Source of the DNA: Gemmatimonadota bacterium
GTDB lineage: Bacteria > Gemmatimonadota > Gemmatimonadetes > Gemmatimonadales > GWC2-71-9
Assembly (NCBI GenBank): GCA_039591655.1
Contig: JBDHDE010000046.1
Coordinates: 1 to 23,097, forward strand
DNA: 23,097 nt
Direction: 5' to 3'
The translations under genes were made by a program, and so were the position numbers. Positions within the stretch are counted from its first letter, which is position 1. Each line of letters starts with the position of its first letter. The notes under the pieces are model-generated. The model was not told the origin of the DNA and did not search any database. It worked only from the letters and a program-made list of their open reading frames with translations. Positions 20,758 to 23,097 of the stretch are shown piece after piece.

Positions 20758-22518
20758 CTACGCCAGGCCGACCTTCGGTAACAACCGGAAGATCCCCGCC
20801 CCCGCCACTGCGGCCACGACGAGGAAGACGAAGCCCTGTGTTGGGCTCCCATAGATCAGATACCCCGTCCCGAACAGCGCTGCGTAGACCGCCAGACAAC
20901 CCAGGAACCAGCAGCTCATCGCCGCAGTGAAGCTGCCGCTCACGGGTCGGGTCTCCACGGCGGCCTGCCAACCACGCCCGAAGGGGCGGATCCTGTCGTA
21001 GAAGGCCTGTAGCGTCGCCCGATCGTCCGGCGGCGTCAGGAAGGTTACGGTGACCCACCCCACCGTCGTGAGCGCCACGCCGACGACGAGCATGAGCGAG
21101 GGGTGCAGGGGAGCGAATCCCAGACCCTCGTGCACGAACTGGAAGTAGAATGCCACGCAGAACGAGATGACCATCCCCGCCAGCTCGCTCCACGCGTTGA
21201 TACGCCACCAGTACCAGCGCAGCAGGAAGATGAGTCCCGTGCCGGCGCCAATCTGCAGCAGGATCTGGAACGCCTGCATGGCGTTCTCGAGCCACAGCGC
21301 CACGATGCACGCCAGCACGATGAGGATCACGGTGGAGAGGCGCCCTACCAGCACGTAGTGGCGCTCGTCCCGGTCGGGGGCCACGAATCGCCGGTAGCAG
21401 TCGTCCACGATGTAGGACGCGCCCCAGTTGAGGTGGGTGCTGATGGTGGACATGTAGGCGGCGGCAAGTGAAGCCACCACTAGGCCCAGCAGGCCGTGTG
21501 GCAGGAACACCAGCATCGCCGGGTATGCCAGGTCGTGGCGCACGATGGACGGATCGAGGTGCGGGAAACGGCTTACGATGGATTCCAGGCTGGGGTAGAC
21601 CACCAGCGAGGCGAGAGCGACGATGATCCAGGGCCACGGCCGCAACGCGTAGTGGGCCACGTTGAACCAAAGGGTCGAGAGCATCGACTGGTTCTCGTCC
21701 CGGGCGGCCAGCATGCGCTGAGCGACGTAACCGCCGCCACCCGGCTCGGCACCAGGATACCACGTGCTCCACCACTGCACCGCCACCGGAATGAGGAACA
21801 CCGCAGCCGCCGTGTGCCACTCGGTGAAGTCGGGCAGCAGGGCGAGTCGTTCGCTCACTGCCGGATTGGAGATCAGCCCTCCCAGACCTCCCACGGCGGG
21901 GTGCGCCAGCGCGTAGTAGGCGGCCGCGATCGAGCCCACCATCGCGATGGCGAACAGCAGCAGGTCGGTGACCACGACGCCCCAGAATCCGGACGTGGCC
22001 GAGTACAACACGGTCACGGTGCCCGCCACGAGTACGGTGATGTACTTGTCCACCCCGAGCAGTACGCCGGCGATCTTGATGGCGGCCAGCGACACCGAGG
22101 CCATGATCATCACGTTGAAGAACACGCCCAGGTAGAGCGCGCGGAATCCCCGCAGGAAGGCGGCGGGACCACCGGAGTAGCGCAGCTCGTAGAACCCCAT
22201 GTCCGTGAACACGCCGGAGCGCCGCCACAGCTTCGCATAGAAGAACACGGTGCACATGCCCGTGATCAGGAACGCCCACCACAGCCAGTTCTGGCTCACA
22301 CCGCCGCTGCGCACCAGGTCGGTGACGAGGTTCGGCGTGTCGGTGGAGAACGTGGTAGCCACCATGGATGTGCCGAGGAGCCACCAGGGGAGCTTGCGCC
22401 CTGACAGGAAGAACTCGGTGGTGCCCGTGCCGGCGCGGCGCGCGAAGCCGAGACCCACGGCCACGGCGACCACACCATACAGCAAGACGACGAGCCAGTC
22501 GACGGTGGTGAGTTGCAT
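20758..22518 (-). CDS. Sodium:solute symporter (SSS/SLC5) family protein, second subfamily
   Basis: EFFLSGRKLPWWLLGTSMVATTFSTDTP, ELRYSG, GVVVTD, PGGGGYVAQRML, AAYMSTISTHLNWG and LRWYWWRIN, with many TM helices. Confidence 0.92.
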   Translation of the reverse strand: MQLTTVDWLVVLLYGVVAVAVGLGFARRAGTGTTEFFLSGRKLPWWLLGTSMVATTFSTDTPNLVTDLVRSGGVSQNWLWWAFLITGMCTVFFYAKLWRRSGVFTDMGFYELRYSGGPAAFLRGFRALYLGVFFNVMIMASVSLAAIKIAGVLLGVDKYITVLVAGTVTVLYSATSGFWGVVVTDLLLFAIAMVGSIAAAYYALAHPAVGGLGGLISNPAVSERLALLPDFTEWHTAAAVFLIPVAVQWWSTWYPGAEPGGGGYVAQRMLAARDENQSMLSTLWFNVAHYALRPWPWIIVALASLVVYPSLESIVSRFPHLDPSIVRHDLAYPAMLVFLPHGLLGLVVASLAAAYMSTISTHLNWGASYIVDDCYRRFVAPDRDERHYVLVGRLSTVILIVLACIVALWLENAMQAFQILLQIGAGTGLIFLLRWYWWRINAWSELAGMVISFCVAFYFQFVHEGLGFAPLHPSLMLVVGVALTTVGWVTVTFLTPPDDRATLQAFYDRIRPFGRGWQAAVETRPVSGSFTAAMSCWFLGCLAVYAALFGTGYLIYGSPTQGFVFLVVAAVAGAGIFRLLPKVGLA

Positions 22519-22521
22519 GTG

Positions 22522-23097
22522 TCAGCGGGAAGCGGCGCGTGCGCGGAACCACGCCCCGAGGTCTTCGGGGTACGCGCCCTGTGACACGAGCTCGCGGAGC
22601 CTGGCCATCACGTGCTCCCTGTCTCCGGTGAAGGTCATGCCGAACCAGCGATCGCGCGCCGGCACCACTGCGAGTCGTGCTCGGCCCCCGGAGATCTGCT
22701 CGTTCACCGCCGTGCTCAGGAGGAACTCGGCGTCGGGGTCATCGCCCAAGGTCGCGAGGAAGCCGGCGAGCTGCGACTCCAGGGTGGGGAAGATAGCGGG
22801 GCTGCCTCCCCACAGGTTCATGGAGACCGGCTCCCTGCCGGTGAGCGTCACCGGCTCGCCGGCTGCGGTCACCCCTACGACCCCGTCCTTCGCGCGGATG
22901 ATCTGCCTGACCTCGACCACCGACCGCACGAGTCCGTCATCTACCAGCTCACAGATGGCGCGCGAGACTCCTCCCGCCGCCGACAGGGTCTCGTCCAGCC
23001 GGTAGCCCATCACGTAGAGTGCGGGAGGTTCGCCGGGTAGTGGCTTGGCCAACTGCTCTGCCAGCAAGCTGTAGGATGACGCACCGTAGAAGTCGTC
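22522..23097 (-). CDS. Sugar-phosphate nucleotidyltransferase family protein, C-terminal part (start lies beyond the right edge)
   Basis: The frame is open from base 23097: DDFYG, GYRLDETLS..GGVSRAIC, VSMNLWG, EFLL and WFGMTFTGD. These match the recalled NTP-transferase pattern (NADDFYG / TLS.xG.VSRGxC / VSMNxWG / WFGxTYxED). The stop lies 3 nt before the SSS start. Confidence 0.85.
   Translation of the reverse strand, partial: DDFYGASSYSLLAEQLAKPLPGEPPALYVMGYRLDETLSAAGGVSRAICELVDDGLVRSVVEVRQIIRAKDGVVGVTAAGEPVTLTGREPVSMNLWGGSPAIFPTLESQLAGFLATLGDDPDAEFLLSTAVNEQISGGRARLAVVPARDRWFGMTFTGDREHVMARLRELVSQGAYPEDLGAWFRARAASR

Noticed and set aside
20522..20854. 110-aa ORF as a real gene
   Set aside because: It overlaps both neighbours. 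Only 20594 to about 20672 looks coding in this frame, and the homologous tail is in a different frame.
20723..22552. 609-aa alternative-frame ORF on the minus strand
   Set aside because: Overlaps the well-supported SSS gene in another frame, with Arg-rich composition and no recognisable motifs.

Overview
GC-rich bacterial window with 13 complete genes, two genes cut by the window edges and two small gene remnants that the ORF track misses. No rRNA, tRNA, CRISPR array or mobile element was seen. The RCC1/Ig-like lipoprotein, the small 'DFAERLL' membrane proteins and a kinase/TolB-type tail suggest Gemmatimonadota, which is an inference only. The left part (1-7.7 kb) holds the start of a cysteine-synthase-family gene (minus strand), a divergent operon of two FAD amine/D-amino-acid oxidoreductases plus thrC, an RCC1 beta-propeller lipoprotein, and an atypical lnt whose 3' end runs into a frameshifted kinase/TolB-type remnant. 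The right part (7.8-23.1 kb) is a galactose/N-acetylhexosamine utilisation region. It encodes a vSGLT-like symporter, a secreted GH2 beta-galactosidase, a DUF885 protein, a Tat-exported GH109 alpha-N-acetylgalactosaminidase, a NagB-PIG-L fusion, a phosphodiesterase-family lipoprotein coupled to a GHMP sugar kinase, a second SSS symporter and a sugar-phosphate nucleotidyltransferase. The kinase motifs resemble the eukaryotic Gal1/GALK2 type rather than bacterial GalK. The best candidate for an undescribed system is a core-1 O-glycan (Gal-GalNAc) dismantling and GalNAc-1-phosphate salvage route built around this kinase. That is a hypothesis from gene context and recalled motifs, not a demonstrated function.
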